The notes beneath the pieces are model-generated. The model was given only the letters and a program-made list of their open reading frames with translations. It did not search any database and was not told where the DNA came from. Shown here one piece after another: positions 25,553 through 35,315 of a stretch of DNA of 43,861 nt. The translations under genes were made by a program, and so were the position numbers. Each line of letters starts with the position of its first letter. The stretch's first letter is position 1. Source of the DNA: a virus (Duplodnaviria > Caudoviricetes); the IMG/VR virus record IMGVR_UViG_3300030329_000605, positions 1 through 43,861 of that record. One strand, given 5' to 3'.

Positions 25553-27279
25553 AATATTGTTTTGATATAGAGACAGATGGTTTTTTAAATCAATGCACTA
25601 AAGTACATTGTATAGTATTAAAAAATATTGATACTAATGAAATACTAAAATTAGATAATGAAACAGCTATAAAAGAATTAGAACAGGCGGATTTAATTGT
25701 TGGTCATAACATTATTAAATTTGACATACCCGTCCTAGAAAAGTTTTACGACTTTAAACCTAAAGGAAAGGTTTTTGATACAATAGTAGCAACTCGTTTA
25801 CTTTACCCTGATGTAAAGGAGCGAGATTTTAAAAGAAAAGACTTCCCTACTAATTGTATAGGACGACACAGCTTGAAAGCGTGGGGGTATAGGGTGGGTA
25901 ACTACAAGGAAGTCTTTGATACTGACTGGAAAGAATACAGTCCTGCGATGTTGGACTATTGCGTTCAAGATGTTGAAGTAACGGATAGTCTATACAAAGC
26001 TATGGAACGTAAAGGTTATTCTTGTCAAGCGATGGAGTTAGAGCACGAAGTAGCAACTTTAATTTTTAAACAAGAGCGTTATGGCTTTATGTTTAATACA
26101 GATGAAGGAGTTAAATTGTATTCTAAATTAAATGCTAGACGTTTAGAGTTGGAAGAGCAATTACAAAAATTGTTTCCACCTAAGTTAGAACGTACACCAT
26201 TTATTCCTAAAGTTAATAATAAAGCTAGAGGATATATTAAAGGTGAAACTTTTTATAAAGAAAAGACTGTTACTTTTAATCCTAGTTCAAGACATCACAT
26301 AGCAGATAGATTAATTGAGAGACACAACTGGAAACCTGAAGAATATACTAATGATGGTAAACCAAAATTAGATGAAACAGTTTTAGCTAGTCTTCCATAT
26401 CCTGAAGCAAAAGTTTTATGTGAACACTTTTTATTAGATAAAAGGATAGGACAATTAGCAACTGGTGCTCAGGCTTGGTTAAAGAATGAAGTTAGTGGTA
26501 GAATACACGGCACTTGTAATACTAATTCAACAGTAACAGCTCGTGCTAGTCATACAAACCCTAATTTAGGACAAGTTCCAAGTGTTACAGTTCCTTATGG
26601 AAAAGAATGTAGAAGTTTATTTACTGTTCCTAAAGGAAAAAAATTAGTTGGTATAGATATATCAGGATTAGAAGTTAGATTGTTAGCTCACTTTATGTCT
26701 AAGTTTGATGAAGGAGAATATTCTAAAGTAGTTTTAAATGGTGATATACATACAGAAACAAAAGAATTAGCAGGGTTAGATTCAAGAGACCTTGCAAAAA
26801 GATTTTACTACTGCTTCCTTTATGGTGGTGGTGTAAAAAAGATTGCCTTAGTAACAGGTAAAAGTACAAAAGAAGCTAAGAAGATAAGAGAAAGATTTTT
26901 AAATAATCTTCCTGCTTTGAGTAAGTTATTAAAGCAAGTACAACAAGCGGCTGAAAGAGGATATTTAATAGGTCTTGATAAAAGACAGATTAAAATTCGT
27001 TCAGTTCACGCCGCACTCAATTCACTTTTACAAAGTGCAGGAGCTATTGTTTGTAAACAATGGTTAGTTGAGTTTAATAAAGCTGTTAAAGAATATTCTG
27101 ATGTTCAACAGGTTGTTTGGGTTCACGATGAAATCCAAGTGGAGTGTCCTGAAGAAACAGCAGAAGAGATAGGAAAGTTAGCTGTAGAATCTATCAAACG
27201 CACTGGCAAACATTTCAATTTAAGATTACCTTTAACTGGTGAATATAAAATCGGAAATAATTGGAGTGAAACACATTAA
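25549..27279 (+). CDS. DNA polymerase family A (T7 gp5-like)
   Basis: FDIETDG exonuclease I, GHNIIKFD, DISGLEVR motif A, AKRFYYCFLYG motif B (Tyr at the 762-equivalent), VHDEIQ motif C. Confidence 0.98.
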   Translation: MKYCFDIETDGFLNQCTKVHCIVLKNIDTNEILKLDNETAIKELEQADLIVGHNIIKFDIPVLEKFYDFKPKGKVFDTIVATRLLYPDVKERDFKRKDFPTNCIGRHSLKAWGYRVGNYKEVFDTDWKEYSPAMLDYCVQDVEVTDSLYKAMERKGYSCQAMELEHEVATLIFKQERYGFMFNTDEGVKLYSKLNARRLELEEQLQKLFPPKLERTPFIPKVNNKARGYIKGETFYKEKTVTFNPSSRHHIADRLIERHNWKPEEYTNDGKPKLDETVLASLPYPEAKVLCEHFLLDKRIGQLATGAQAWLKNEVSGRIHGTCNTNSTVTARASHTNPNLGQVPSVTVPYGKECRSLFTVPKGKKLVGIDISGLEVRLLAHFMSKFDEGEYSKVVLNGDIHTETKELAGLDSRDLAKRFYYCFLYGGGVKKIALVTGKSTKEAKKIRERFLNNLPALSKLLKQVQQAAERGYLIGLDKRQIKIRSVHAALNSLLQSAGAIVCKQWLVEFNKAVKEYSDVQQVVWVHDEIQVECPEETAEEIGKLAVESIKRTGKHFNLRLPLTGEYKIGNNWSETH

Positions 27280-27280
27280 T

Positions 27281-27682
27281 ATGGCATTAAATACAAGTGT
27301 AAAAGCAAAGTCAGATTTTGATTTTGATTTAAAGTTTGGGAGAAAAAGAGAAAACAGACTTCATAAACTCTTAGGAATGAGAGCTGAAGATAAAGTTGAA
27401 GTGAAGACAGAAAGAGATTGGTGGCAGAAGACAGGTAATATTGCAATAGAGGTTGAGTGTAATGGTAAGCCTTCAGGTATTACTTCCACTAAAGCTGAGT
27501 ATTGGATTCAGTCCTTAGCAAATGGTGATAAAGATTATTGTCATTTAATCTTTTCTACAAAAACAATGAAGCGTCTTGCAAAAAAGTATGTCAAAAATAC
27601 TAAGAGCGTGGGAGATGGTAATAGAAGTAGAGTAGTATTGATTCCACTATCCGAAATATTTGACAGAAAAAATTTAACGTAA
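27281..27682 (+). CDS. Hypothetical protein, PD-(D/E)xK-like
   Basis: FDFDL.FG..VEVKTE..TGNIAIE..KPSGI..TKAEYW. Confidence 0.62.
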   Translation: MALNTSVKAKSDFDFDLKFGRKRENRLHKLLGMRAEDKVEVKTERDWWQKTGNIAIEVECNGKPSGITSTKAEYWIQSLANGDKDYCHLIFSTKTMKRLAKKYVKNTKSVGDGNRSRVVLIPLSEIFDRKNLT

Positions 27683-27698
27683 AATGAGGAAAACAAAA

Positions 27699-28451
27699 AT
27701 GAAAAAAAAGGTGTTATTAATAGACGGAGATATATTAGCATATAAGATAGCTACTGCTAATGAAGTAGATACTCATTGGGGTAATGGCTTTTGGACATTA
27801 CATTGTGATGAGATTCAATGTAAGCACGAAGTTGATTCTAAGATAGATGACTTAGGACAAAGCCTAGAAGCTGACGATTATATTGTAGCTTTAACTGATA
27901 AGAATAATTTTCGTAAAGATGTTCTTCCAAGTTATAAAGATAATCGTAAACAAAGACGTAAGCCTATGGTTTTAAATGCTTTGCGTGATTACATTATGGA
28001 AAAACATAATGGAGTTATGTGGAAGAACCTAGAAGCTGACGATGTTATGGGTATTCTAGCGACTGAACCTTGTCCTACTGAGGACAGGATTATTGTTTCT
28101 ATTGATAAAGATATGAGACAGATACCTGCTAAAGTAAGTAGAGATGGTGAGACAGTTGAGGAAATACCACAAAGATTAGCTGATTATTGGTTTATGATAC
28201 AGACATTGGCGGGTGATAGTACAGATGGTTATACTGGACTTCCAAATGTGGGGGTAAAAACTGCTGAGAAAATGATTAAGCAGTACACTAATGTTCCCCT
28301 TTTAGACCTATGGAAGATAGTGGTAGGTGCTTACAAAGCTAAAGGTTACTCTAAGAAAGAGGCTTTACAACAAGCTAGAGTTGCACATATTCTTAGACAC
28401 AAAGAATATAATAAGAAGACTGGGAAGGTGAAACTATGGCAGATAAAGTAA
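27699..28451 (+). CDS. 5'-3' exonuclease (T7 gp6-like)
   Basis: LIDGD, NFRK..YK.NR, EADD, SIDKD, GDSTDGY.G motifs; RBS gagg before 27699. Confidence 0.95.
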   Translation: MKKKVLLIDGDILAYKIATANEVDTHWGNGFWTLHCDEIQCKHEVDSKIDDLGQSLEADDYIVALTDKNNFRKDVLPSYKDNRKQRRKPMVLNALRDYIMEKHNGVMWKNLEADDVMGILATEPCPTEDRIIVSIDKDMRQIPAKVSRDGETVEEIPQRLADYWFMIQTLAGDSTDGYTGLPNVGVKTAEKMIKQYTNVPLLDLWKIVVGAYKAKGYSKKEALQQARVAHILRHKEYNKKTGKVKLWQIK

Positions 28452-28732
28452 AAGAACCACCTCACTATTTTAGATTTAAGATAGAACCTATTACCTTTAT
28501 TATGCAGAATGAAATTCCGTATGCTGAAGGTAATGCTATTAAATATTTATGTCGTTGGCGTTTTAAACATAAAACTAAAGAGGCACAAATAGAAGACTTA
28601 AAGAAAGCAAAACAGTACATTGATTTAATACTAGAACACGAAGAGAATAAATCAGATGACACAGTGAAACTTAAACTTGGTAAAGAATCTTGGGTAGAAG
28701 GATATAGAAAGTGGAAAAAAGGTAAGCCGTGA
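28436..28732 (+). CDS. DUF3310 family protein (T7 gp1.7-like nucleotide kinase)
   Basis: V..P.HY..IE.I..GNAIKY..R..K..EDLKKA..Y. Confidence 0.85.
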   Translation: MADKVKEPPHYFRFKIEPITFIMQNEIPYAEGNAIKYLCRWRFKHKTKEAQIEDLKKAKQYIDLILEHEENKSDDTVKLKLGKESWVEGYRKWKKGKP

Positions 28733-29100
28733 TAAAGCACAATCATATAATTATCAAAGCACAAATTAATAAACCACCTAAAGATATTCGTTTTATTAGA
28801 AAATGGATAAAGAAATTAATTAATGCAATAGGTATGAAAAGATTAGGACAACCTAATGCACATTATGTTAATGACAAAGGGAATAGAGGACTAACTTGTC
28901 TTGCTGTTCTTAGTACATCACACATCGCTTTACATACTTGGGACGAAGTGTCCCCTGCATTATTACAATTAGATGTTTATTCGTGTAGTGATTTAGATAA
29001 AAAAATTGTGTTCAAACACATAGAACAGTTTGAACCGAAGGAGATAGATTATGTTACGATTGACAGGGATAAAGCTCTTTATATTAATAATCCTTCTTAA
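28729..29100 (+). CDS. speD: Pyruvoyl-dependent AdoMetDC/SpeD-family decarboxylase proenzyme
   Basis: GLT..VLSTSHIALHTWDE..QLDVYSC motif. Confidence 0.85.
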   Translation: MIKHNHIIIKAQINKPPKDIRFIRKWIKKLINAIGMKRLGQPNAHYVNDKGNRGLTCLAVLSTSHIALHTWDEVSPALLQLDVYSCSDLDKKIVFKHIEQFEPKEIDYVTIDRDKALYINNPS

Positions 29101-29293
29101 TGGCTGTAGCCAATTTGCTATAGTAACAAGCGGGTCAAGTTTAGCAATAAGTAATAATGTTTATGCTAAAGCCTATAGTGGTGTAGATTTAATGACAACA
29201 CTTACTACTGAAAAAGATATTAAAACTCACGCATATTATTATGCAACTAAAGTAAAAAAGGAATTAGAATGGGAAGAATTGGAAAAAAATTAA
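29051..29293 (+). CDS. Putative lipoprotein
   Basis: LFILIILLNG-C lipobox. Confidence 0.6.
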   Translation: MLRLTGIKLFILIILLNGCSQFAIVTSGSSLAISNNVYAKAYSGVDLMTTLTTEKDIKTHAYYYATKVKKELEWEELEKN

Positions 29294-29568
29294 AAGGTAA
29301 AAACCTTAATATGTTTGGTAATCCGATACATCAACCTACTAAAGAATATAAAGAAGGTTGGAATAGAATCTTTGGAAAAAAAGAACAAGATGAATTAAAA
29401 GAATCTTACGAACAATCACTAAGAAATAAAAAAGAAAGAACTGAATCAGAGAAATCACAGGAAGAATTAGAACCTATTGATAAAGAAACAGAAAAGTTTT
29501 TTGATGATATAGCAAACAACACACCTAATGATAAACAATTTAATGAAGATGAATTTAACGGAGCATAA
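29269..29568 (+). CDS. Hypothetical protein
   Basis: PTKEYKEGWNRIFGK motif; ends adjacent to nrdA. Confidence 0.6.
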   Translation: MGRIGKKLKGKNLNMFGNPIHQPTKEYKEGWNRIFGKKEQDELKESYEQSLRNKKERTESEKSQEELEPIDKETEKFFDDIANNTPNDKQFNEDEFNGA

Positions 29569-31320
29569 ATGGATTACGAGAAAGATAACTTACTAACAGA
29601 TTTTGGGAAGACTACATTAAAAGATAGATATTTATTACCTGACGAACAGTCTCCTCAAGATGCTTTTATGAGAGCGGCGAAAGCCTTTTCTGATAATGAT
29701 GAAATGGCTGAAAGAATATATGAATATGTATCTAATCTTTGGTGTATGTTTTCTACTCCTATATTAAGTAATGCAGGAACTAAAAGAGGTATGCCTATCT
29801 CTTGTTTTTTAAATTACGTTGGAGATAGTAGAGGTGAACTTGCAGAACACTACACAGAAAATGCTTGGTTAGCTTCTGTTGGTGGTGGTATTGCAGGATA
29901 TTGGGGAGATGTTAGGTCTGATGGAACTTTAACTTCAGGTGGAAGTCAAAGCTCAGGTGTCATTCCTTTTATGCACGTTGTAGATTCTGAGATACTTGCT
30001 TTCTCACAAGGTAAAACAAGAAGAGGAAGTTATGCTTCTTATATGGATATATCTCACCCTGAAATATTAGAATTTTTAGATATAAGAAAACCTAGTGGTG
30101 GAGACATACATAGAAAATGTTTAAACTTACATCACGGAGTAAACATTCCTAATAAGTTTATGGAACTTATAGATAATTGTATTAAAGAACCTACTTATGA
30201 TGACAGTTGGGATTTAATAGACCCACATACAAAAGAAAAAGTAAGAACAATATCAGCACGAGATTTGTGGCAAAAAATTTTAGAGAATCGTGTTGCTACT
30301 GGTGAGCCTTATGTTTGTTTTAGTGATACTATAAATGAAGGACTTCCACAACCACAAAAAGATTTAGGATTAACAGTACATCATTCTAATCTTTGTACTG
30401 AAATTACCCTACCTACTAATGAAACACGAACAGCCGTTTGTTGTTTATCTTCCCTTAACTTAGAAAAATATGAAGAATGGAAAAAAGATAGTTTATTCAT
30501 TCCTGATATGATTCGTTTTTTAGATAACGTATTACAATACTTTATTGACTATGCACCTGATGAATTGTTTAAAGCTAGATTTAGTGCTAACAATGAAAGA
30601 AGTATTGGTCTAGGTACTATGGGTTTTCACGCTTATTTACAATCACAAAACATTCCGTTTGAATCTGCTTTAGCCAAAGCAAAAAATCTCCAAATATTTA
30701 AAAAGATTAAAGAACAAGCTGTAGCTGAATCAAAAAGATTAGCAATTAAAAGAGGTGAAGCTCCTGATATGGAAGGCACTGGTATGAGAAACTCACACTT
30801 GTTAGCTATCGCACCTAATGCTTCTTCATCAATTATTTGTGGTACTACTTCACCATCAATAGAACCTTATAGAGCTAATGCTTATGTTCAAAAAACTATG
30901 TCAGGTTCTTTTTTAGTTAAGAATAAATATTTAGAAAAGATTTTAGAAAAGAAAGGCATTAATACTGAAGAAGTATGGTCAAGTATTGTATCTAATAGAG
31001 GTTCAATATTACATTTAAAAGAATTAACTGATTATGAAAAAGATGTTTTTAAAACAGCTATAGAAATTAATCAACAATGGATTATAGAACACGCCGCAGA
31101 TAGACAAAAGTTTATTTGTCAGGCACAAAGTGTTAATGTATTTGTTCCTGCTGATGTAGATATAAAAGAACTACACGATATACATATGTTAGCTTGGAAA
31201 AGAAAATTAAAAACTTTATACTACTGTCGTTCTGAAGCAATTAAAAGAGCGGAATTGGTATCTAAAAAAATAGAAAGAACAATCATACCTGAAGCTGATT
31301 GTTTAGCGTGTGAGGGATAA
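29569..31320 (+). CDS. nrdA: Ribonucleoside-diphosphate reductase class I alpha subunit
   Basis: STPILSN, PISCF, SNLCTEI, IAPNASSS, KTLYYCR, C-terminal CLACEG; no ATP cone. Confidence 0.97.
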   Translation: MDYEKDNLLTDFGKTTLKDRYLLPDEQSPQDAFMRAAKAFSDNDEMAERIYEYVSNLWCMFSTPILSNAGTKRGMPISCFLNYVGDSRGELAEHYTENAWLASVGGGIAGYWGDVRSDGTLTSGGSQSSGVIPFMHVVDSEILAFSQGKTRRGSYASYMDISHPEILEFLDIRKPSGGDIHRKCLNLHHGVNIPNKFMELIDNCIKEPTYDDSWDLIDPHTKEKVRTISARDLWQKILENRVATGEPYVCFSDTINEGLPQPQKDLGLTVHHSNLCTEITLPTNETRTAVCCLSSLNLEKYEEWKKDSLFIPDMIRFLDNVLQYFIDYAPDELFKARFSANNERSIGLGTMGFHAYLQSQNIPFESALAKAKNLQIFKKIKEQAVAESKRLAIKRGEAPDMEGTGMRNSHLLAIAPNASSSIICGTTSPSIEPYRANAYVQKTMSGSFLVKNKYLEKILEKKGINTEEVWSSIVSNRGSILHLKELTDYEKDVFKTAIEINQQWIIEHAADRQKFICQAQSVNVFVPADVDIKELHDIHMLAWKRKLKTLYYCRSEAIKRAELVSKKIERTIIPEADCLACEG

Positions 31321-31487
31321 TGGAAGAGAAGAAACCTGATGTTATACAAGTAGAGTATAATGATAAAAAGAAAGTAATATATGTTAATAAGGATAAACAA
31401 ACTGTATTGTGGACTGTATATCATACAATATTAGCATTAGAATTATTAGCAATTATTATTATAGAAGGGATTGAATTATTAAGATGA
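31320..31487 (+). CDS. Small membrane protein between nrdA and nrdB (55 aa)
   Basis: Read manually; TAATG and ATGA overlaps on both sides; C-terminal hydrophobic helix. Confidence 0.6.
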   Translation: MEEKKPDVIQVEYNDKKKVIYVNKDKQTVLWTVYHTILALELLAIIIIEGIELLR

Positions 31488-32437
31488 GTTTATTTAAAGA
31501 TAGATTATATTATAAACCATTTGATTATGAATGGGCGTTTGAATCATACGATACTATGCAAAAGATGCACTGGCTTCCTAGTGAAGTTCCATTACACGAA
31601 GATATAAGAGACTGGAATGAAAGACTTACTAAAGAAGAGAAGAATTTAATTAATCAAATATTAAAATTCTTTACTCAAGGTGATGTAGATATAGCTAAAG
31701 CATATTTAGATAATTACATTCCTAAGTTTAAACCACCTGAAGTTAGAATGATGTTGTCTGCTTTTGCTACAGCAGAAGCTAATCACGCTCACGCTTATGC
31801 TTTACTTAATGATACTATAGGTGAACCTGAATTGTTAGACTTTAAAGCATTTCAAGAATACAAAGAGATGGCAGATAAACACGAATATTTATTTACAGAT
31901 AAAGGAAAAGGTATTCAAGGTTTAGCTAGAGAGATAGCTTGTTTTTCTGCATTTGGAGAAGGACTACAACTGTTCGCTTCATTTGTTATGCTACTTAACT
32001 TTCAAAGATATGGTAGAATGAAAGGTATGTGTCAAATAGTTACTTGGTCTATTAGAGATGAAACACATCACGTTGAAAGTATGATTAAATTATTTAAAAC
32101 ATTGGTAAAAGAAAACCCGAATATTTGGACAGAAAAATTTAAAGCAAGTATCTATCAAACAGCTAGAGATATGGTAGATTTAGAAGATAAATTTATAGAC
32201 TTGGCTTTTAGTATGGGTGGTATAAGAGGACTAAGTGCTGATGAAGTTAAAAAATATATAAGATATATAGCGGATAGAAGATTACTACAGCTATCATTAA
32301 AACCTAATTATGGTGTTAAAGATAACCCTTTGGGTTGGTTAGATTGGGTATTAAATGGTGTAGAACACGCTAATTTCTTTGAGAATAGAGCAACAGAATA
32401 CAATAAAGGAACTATCACGGGTAAACTTTGGAACTAA
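31484..32437 (+). CDS. nrdB: Ribonucleoside-diphosphate reductase class I beta subunit
   Basis: HWLP.EV, FFTQGD, EANHAHAY (radical Tyr), EGLQLF, RDETHH, NFFE.RATEY. Confidence 0.97.
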   Translation: MSLFKDRLYYKPFDYEWAFESYDTMQKMHWLPSEVPLHEDIRDWNERLTKEEKNLINQILKFFTQGDVDIAKAYLDNYIPKFKPPEVRMMLSAFATAEANHAHAYALLNDTIGEPELLDFKAFQEYKEMADKHEYLFTDKGKGIQGLAREIACFSAFGEGLQLFASFVMLLNFQRYGRMKGMCQIVTWSIRDETHHVESMIKLFKTLVKENPNIWTEKFKASIYQTARDMVDLEDKFIDLAFSMGGIRGLSADEVKKYIRYIADRRLLQLSLKPNYGVKDNPLGWLDWVLNGVEHANFFENRATEYNKGTITGKLWN

Positions 32438-32454
32438 AGTGCCCGTTTTAGAAG
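32435..32454 (+). promoter_or_regulatory. Putative phage RNAP late promoter TAAAGTGCCCGTTTTAGAAG
   Basis: Motif copy at the start of the structural module. Confidence 0.8.
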
Positions 32455-32460
32455 AATTAT

Positions 32461-32646
32461 ATGGCAAAAAACAACGAAGAAGATTTAGTTTTACCTATTA
32501 AATCAGAAGATTTGGTAAAACTTTTGAATAACGTATACCCTGAGAAATCACCTAATTTAAAAGACGATACTAAGACTATCTATTTTAAAGCAGGTCAAAG
32601 GGACGTAGTGCGATTCATAAACACACTTAAAGAGAGGACTAAATAA
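32461..32646 (+). CDS. Conserved hypothetical protein preceding the head genes
   Basis: L..VYP.KSP..FKAGQRDVV motif common in T7-like marine phages. Confidence 0.7.
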   Translation: MAKNNEEDLVLPIKSEDLVKLLNNVYPEKSPNLKDDTKTIYFKAGQRDVVRFINTLKERTK

Positions 32647-32648
32647 CT

Positions 32649-32876
32649 ATGTGTATGTCATCAAGAGCACCCGCTCAAGCTCCAATTCAAAGAGCACCTG
32701 TTCAGGTTGCTTCAAGAATGGAAGAAGTAGAGGAGAAGCCGATAGAGTTAATAACAGCAGATAAAGATGTTAAGAAGAAAAAGAAATTAGCTTCTAAAAC
32801 TGGAACAACAGCTTTACAAACTGGTGTGAACACTGCAACAGATGCTTCAAGTTCAGGCGTAACTTATACTTCATAA
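32649..32876 (+). CDS. Small virion assembly protein (gp6.7/7.3-like position)
   Basis: MC N-terminus, upstream of portal. Confidence 0.6.
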   Translation: MCMSSRAPAQAPIQRAPVQVASRMEEVEEKPIELITADKDVKKKKKLASKTGTTALQTGVNTATDASSSGVTYTS

Positions 32877-32885
32877 GGAATATAA

Positions 32886-34463
32886 ATGGCAACTAAAAAG
32901 AGCAACGAAACAATGCTACAGGTAAACCCTACAGCAAAAGAACGATATTTAAAATTAAAAGATAAAAGAGAAATGTTTGTTGATAGAGCTCAAGAGTGTA
33001 GTGAACTTACAATATCTTCTTTAATCCCAACAGACGGACACAATCATTCCGCAAAAATATACAATCCCTTCCAATCGGTAGGAGCTAGAGGCGTAAACAA
33101 TTTAGCCTCTAAGTTACTTCTTTTATTACTCCCACCAAATTCCCCATTTTTTAGACTATCCGTTAGCGGAAAAACAAAAGAAGAACTTGATAAAAATAAA
33201 GAATTAAATTCAGAAATAGAAAAATCTTTAGCAAGAATTGAAAGAGAAGTTTCTAAAAAGATTGAAGAGTTAGCTTTAAGAGTTAGTGTATTTGAAGCTC
33301 TTAAACATTTAATAGTATCAGGAAATGTATTAACTTATCTTCCTAAAAAAGGAACGATGAGAGTATTTCCTATTACTCATTATGTATGTAATAGAGATGC
33401 GTCAGGAAACATATTAGAAATAGTTATTAAAGAAAGTATTAGTCCTTTAAGTTTAGATTCAGAAGTTAGAAATATGGTAGTACAAGATGCTGACTATAAA
33501 AAAGATGAAGACGTAGAATTGTATACACATATCTATAAATTAGCAGATGGAAAATTTTATATATGTCAAGAAGTTAATGGAATTAAACTTCCTGATTCAG
33601 TAGGTACATACCCTGAAGACCAACTTCCTTATTCAGCTTTAAGAATGGTTAGAATTGATGGTGAAGATTACGGAAGAGGTTATGTAGAAGAATTTTTAGG
33701 AGACCTTAAATCATTAGAAGGATTGTCTCAAGCACTTGTTGAAAGTGCGGCGGCTTCTTCTAAAGTAGTATTTATGGTAAGACCTAATTCTGTAACTAAG
33801 AAAAGAGATTTAGCTTTAACTAGAAATGGTGATATTATTACTGGTTCAGAAGAAGATGTATCTGTGTTACAAGCACAAAAACAATATGATTTACAAGTAG
33901 TAGAAAGAAGTATTCAAAAATTAGAAGAAAGAATGTCTTATGCTTTCTTATTACATACAGCAATTCAAAGAGATGCTGAAAGAGTTACTGCTCAAGAAAT
34001 TAGATATATGGCTGAGCAATTAGAAACAGCTATGGGTGGAGTATACTCATTATTATCACAAGAGTTTCAACTTCCATTAGTTAAAATACTAATGAAACGT
34101 ATGCAAGAAGCAAAAGAAATTCCTGCATTACCTAAAAATTCAGTTAAACCTACAATTATTACAGGTATTGAAGCATTAGGTAGAGGAAATGATTTACAGA
34201 AATTAAGAGAATTTGTGGCTGAGATAGTTAATCTAGCTCAGGTTAATCCACAAGTAGTTCAATCATTAAATGAATCTGATTTAATTAAACGTATCGCTAC
34301 AAGTTTAGGAATAGAGATGGAAGGTTTAATTAAAACTCAAGAACAATTAGCGGCTGAACAAGAAGCACAGCAACAGCAAATGCAACAACAACAAATGATG
34401 CAGATGGCTGAGAAAGCTGTAGCTCCTGTGGCAAGTAATATGACTAAGCCACAACCACAATAA
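32886..34463 (+). CDS. Portal / head-tail connector (T7 gp8-like)
   Basis: QSVGARGVNNLASKL..LLPP, GEDYGRG, AERVTAQEIR, GIEALGRG.DL. Confidence 0.97.
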   Translation: MATKKSNETMLQVNPTAKERYLKLKDKREMFVDRAQECSELTISSLIPTDGHNHSAKIYNPFQSVGARGVNNLASKLLLLLLPPNSPFFRLSVSGKTKEELDKNKELNSEIEKSLARIEREVSKKIEELALRVSVFEALKHLIVSGNVLTYLPKKGTMRVFPITHYVCNRDASGNILEIVIKESISPLSLDSEVRNMVVQDADYKKDEDVELYTHIYKLADGKFYICQEVNGIKLPDSVGTYPEDQLPYSALRMVRIDGEDYGRGYVEEFLGDLKSLEGLSQALVESAAASSKVVFMVRPNSVTKKRDLALTRNGDIITGSEEDVSVLQAQKQYDLQVVERSIQKLEERMSYAFLLHTAIQRDAERVTAQEIRYMAEQLETAMGGVYSLLSQEFQLPLVKILMKRMQEAKEIPALPKNSVKPTIITGIEALGRGNDLQKLREFVAEIVNLAQVNPQVVQSLNESDLIKRIATSLGIEMEGLIKTQEQLAAEQEAQQQQMQQQQMMQMAEKAVAPVASNMTKPQPQ

Positions 34464-34478
34464 TAAAAGGAAAATAAA

Positions 34479-35249
34479 ATGGTAGAACAAGTAGAAGTTA
34501 AACAAGCTGAAACTACTGCTGAGAAACCAGTGGAAGAGAATAAGCCTACACAAAGTAAGCCTGAAGGTTTGCCTGAAAAATTCAACTCAGTTGAAGAATT
34601 AGTCAAATCATATTCAGAGTTAGAGAAAAAACTTGGTGAGCAATCTCAACCTACTAAGGAATCAGTAGACCCAGTTTCAAAGACAGAAGTAAAAGAAGAA
34701 ACAAAAGAAGAACAACCTAAATCTGATTTAGATATTGCTACAAAAGCAGTAGATAGTGCAGGTTTAAATATGGATTCTCTAGCAGAAGAATATGCTAAAG
34801 ATGGTAAACTTGCTGATAAGTCTTATCAATCATTAGAAAAAGCAGGAATACCAAAAGAGTATGTGGACAGATTTATTGCAGGACAACAAGCAATAGCTGA
34901 CCAACAATCAGCGTCAGTTAAAAATATGGTTGGTGGAACTGAATCATATGATGCTATGTCTGAATGGGCTAGTAATAATTTATCTGAAACTGAAAAACAG
35001 GCTTATAATACAGCAGTAAACAGCAAAGATTTAGAAGCTGTTAAGTTAGCTGTAGTAGGTCTTAAAGCAAGATATGCACAAGCTACAGGAAGTGAACCTA
35101 AATTAGTAGAAGGTAAAGCATCTCCTAGTGGTGAACAAGGTTTTGATTCTTGGGCTCAAGTAACACAAGCTATGTCTGACCCTAGATATTCTAAAGACCC
35201 TGCTTATCAAGCTGAAGTTAAAAATAAACTAGCTAATAGTAAGATATAA
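34479..35249 (+). CDS. Capsid scaffolding protein (T7 gp9-like)
   Basis: LPEKF..YSELEKKLG, VGG..Y..WA, AMSDPRY..DPAY. Confidence 0.93.
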   Translation: MVEQVEVKQAETTAEKPVEENKPTQSKPEGLPEKFNSVEELVKSYSELEKKLGEQSQPTKESVDPVSKTEVKEETKEEQPKSDLDIATKAVDSAGLNMDSLAEEYAKDGKLADKSYQSLEKAGIPKEYVDRFIAGQQAIADQQSASVKNMVGGTESYDAMSEWASNNLSETEKQAYNTAVNSKDLEAVKLAVVGLKARYAQATGSEPKLVEGKASPSGEQGFDSWAQVTQAMSDPRYSKDPAYQAEVKNKLANSKI

Positions 35250-35250
35250 T

Positions 35251-35313
35251 ATGAAAAAGAAAAAAAAGAAAAAAGATAAAAAGAAGAAAAAAAATAAGAA
35301 AAAGAAAAAATAA
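35251..35313 (+). CDS. Poly-lysine micro-peptide (20 aa: M-K7-D-K5-N-K5)
   Basis: Read manually; ATG..TAA in frame, mixed AAA/AAG codons, 1-2 nt from both neighbours. Confidence 0.6.
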   Translation: MKKKKKKKDKKKKKNKKKKK

Positions 35314-35315
35314 TT

